From the UHGV virus genome UHGV-0073227: a stretch of 14,853 nt of DNA. The stretch is one strand, 5' to 3'. This DNA is from a virus. Shown here one piece after another: positions 14,804 to 14,853 of this stretch. The notes beneath the pieces are model-generated. The model was not told the DNA's origin and did not search any database. It saw only the letters and a program-made list of their open reading frames with translations. Both the position numbers and the translations under genes were made by a program. How positions within the stretch are numbered: position 1 is the stretch's first letter; each line of letters starts with the position of its first letter.

Positions 14804-14853
14804 AAAATGATTAGTGCGGTCCGCAAAAAGTATGTCAGTATGTTAAGAGTGGT

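Larger units (their letters stand above)
734..14853. mobile_element. Lambdoid-type prophage, left (int-proximal) portion; continues beyond the window's right edge
   Basis: Contiguous phage modules in canonical order: int-xis, leftward accessory genes, cI/cro switch, antirepressors, replication genes, Q-like antiterminator. Inserted within a host gene. Confidence 0.9.

Noticed and set aside
10785-14826. Track ORFs 10785..11000(-), 11128..11313(-), 11953..12607(-, four ORFs), 12937..13425(-), 13498..13755(-), 13886..14471(-, two ORFs), 14644..14826(-)
   Set aside because: All antisense to strongly supported replication, DUF968-like or Q-like genes; no RBS or motifs.
1-14853. CRISPR arrays, tRNA/rRNA genes, IS elements, retron
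   Set aside because: No spaced direct-repeat array, no cloverleaf-like candidate, no transposase-like ORF or terminal inverted repeats, and no reverse-transcriptase ORF near the structured region at 8832-9124. A by-eye tRNA scan is not exhaustive; tRNAscan-SE would settle it.
14806-14853. Partial ORF beginning at ATG 14806 and running off the window
   Set aside because: Only about 16 codons are visible; it cannot be called or classified from this window.

Overview
This window is the integrase-proximal ~14 kb of a lambdoid-type prophage inserted into the 5' end of the host curli regulator gene mlrA (yehV). Reading left to right: the mlrA 3' fragment (minus strand), the att junction, a tyrosine integrase and excisionase-like gene, and a leftward 'early-left' arm that contains no recognisable recombination, N or cIII genes. 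Instead that arm carries three unrecognised cassettes: a small 2-TM protein translationally coupled to an SPFH/band-7 lipoprotein (plus two downstream unknowns), a coupled 60-aa/190-aa pair, and a tandem-HTH protein with a 66-aa partner sitting directly under a PL-like promoter. Then comes the immunity switch (LexA/S24-type cI repressor, divergent Cro-like gene, and a 13-bp operator motif shared between the OR and PL regions), three antirepressor-family genes (Rha, Bro-N/KilA-C, Rha), a replication module (O-like initiator with embedded iterons, DnaC-like loader, DnaB-like helicase), a DUF968-like protein, and a Q-like antiterminator at the right edge. All family assignments are from reading the translated ORFs and recalling family motifs; no database search was run. 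The most likely location of an undescribed system is the leftward accessory arm (about 2390-5982), with the SPFH operon as the leading candidate.
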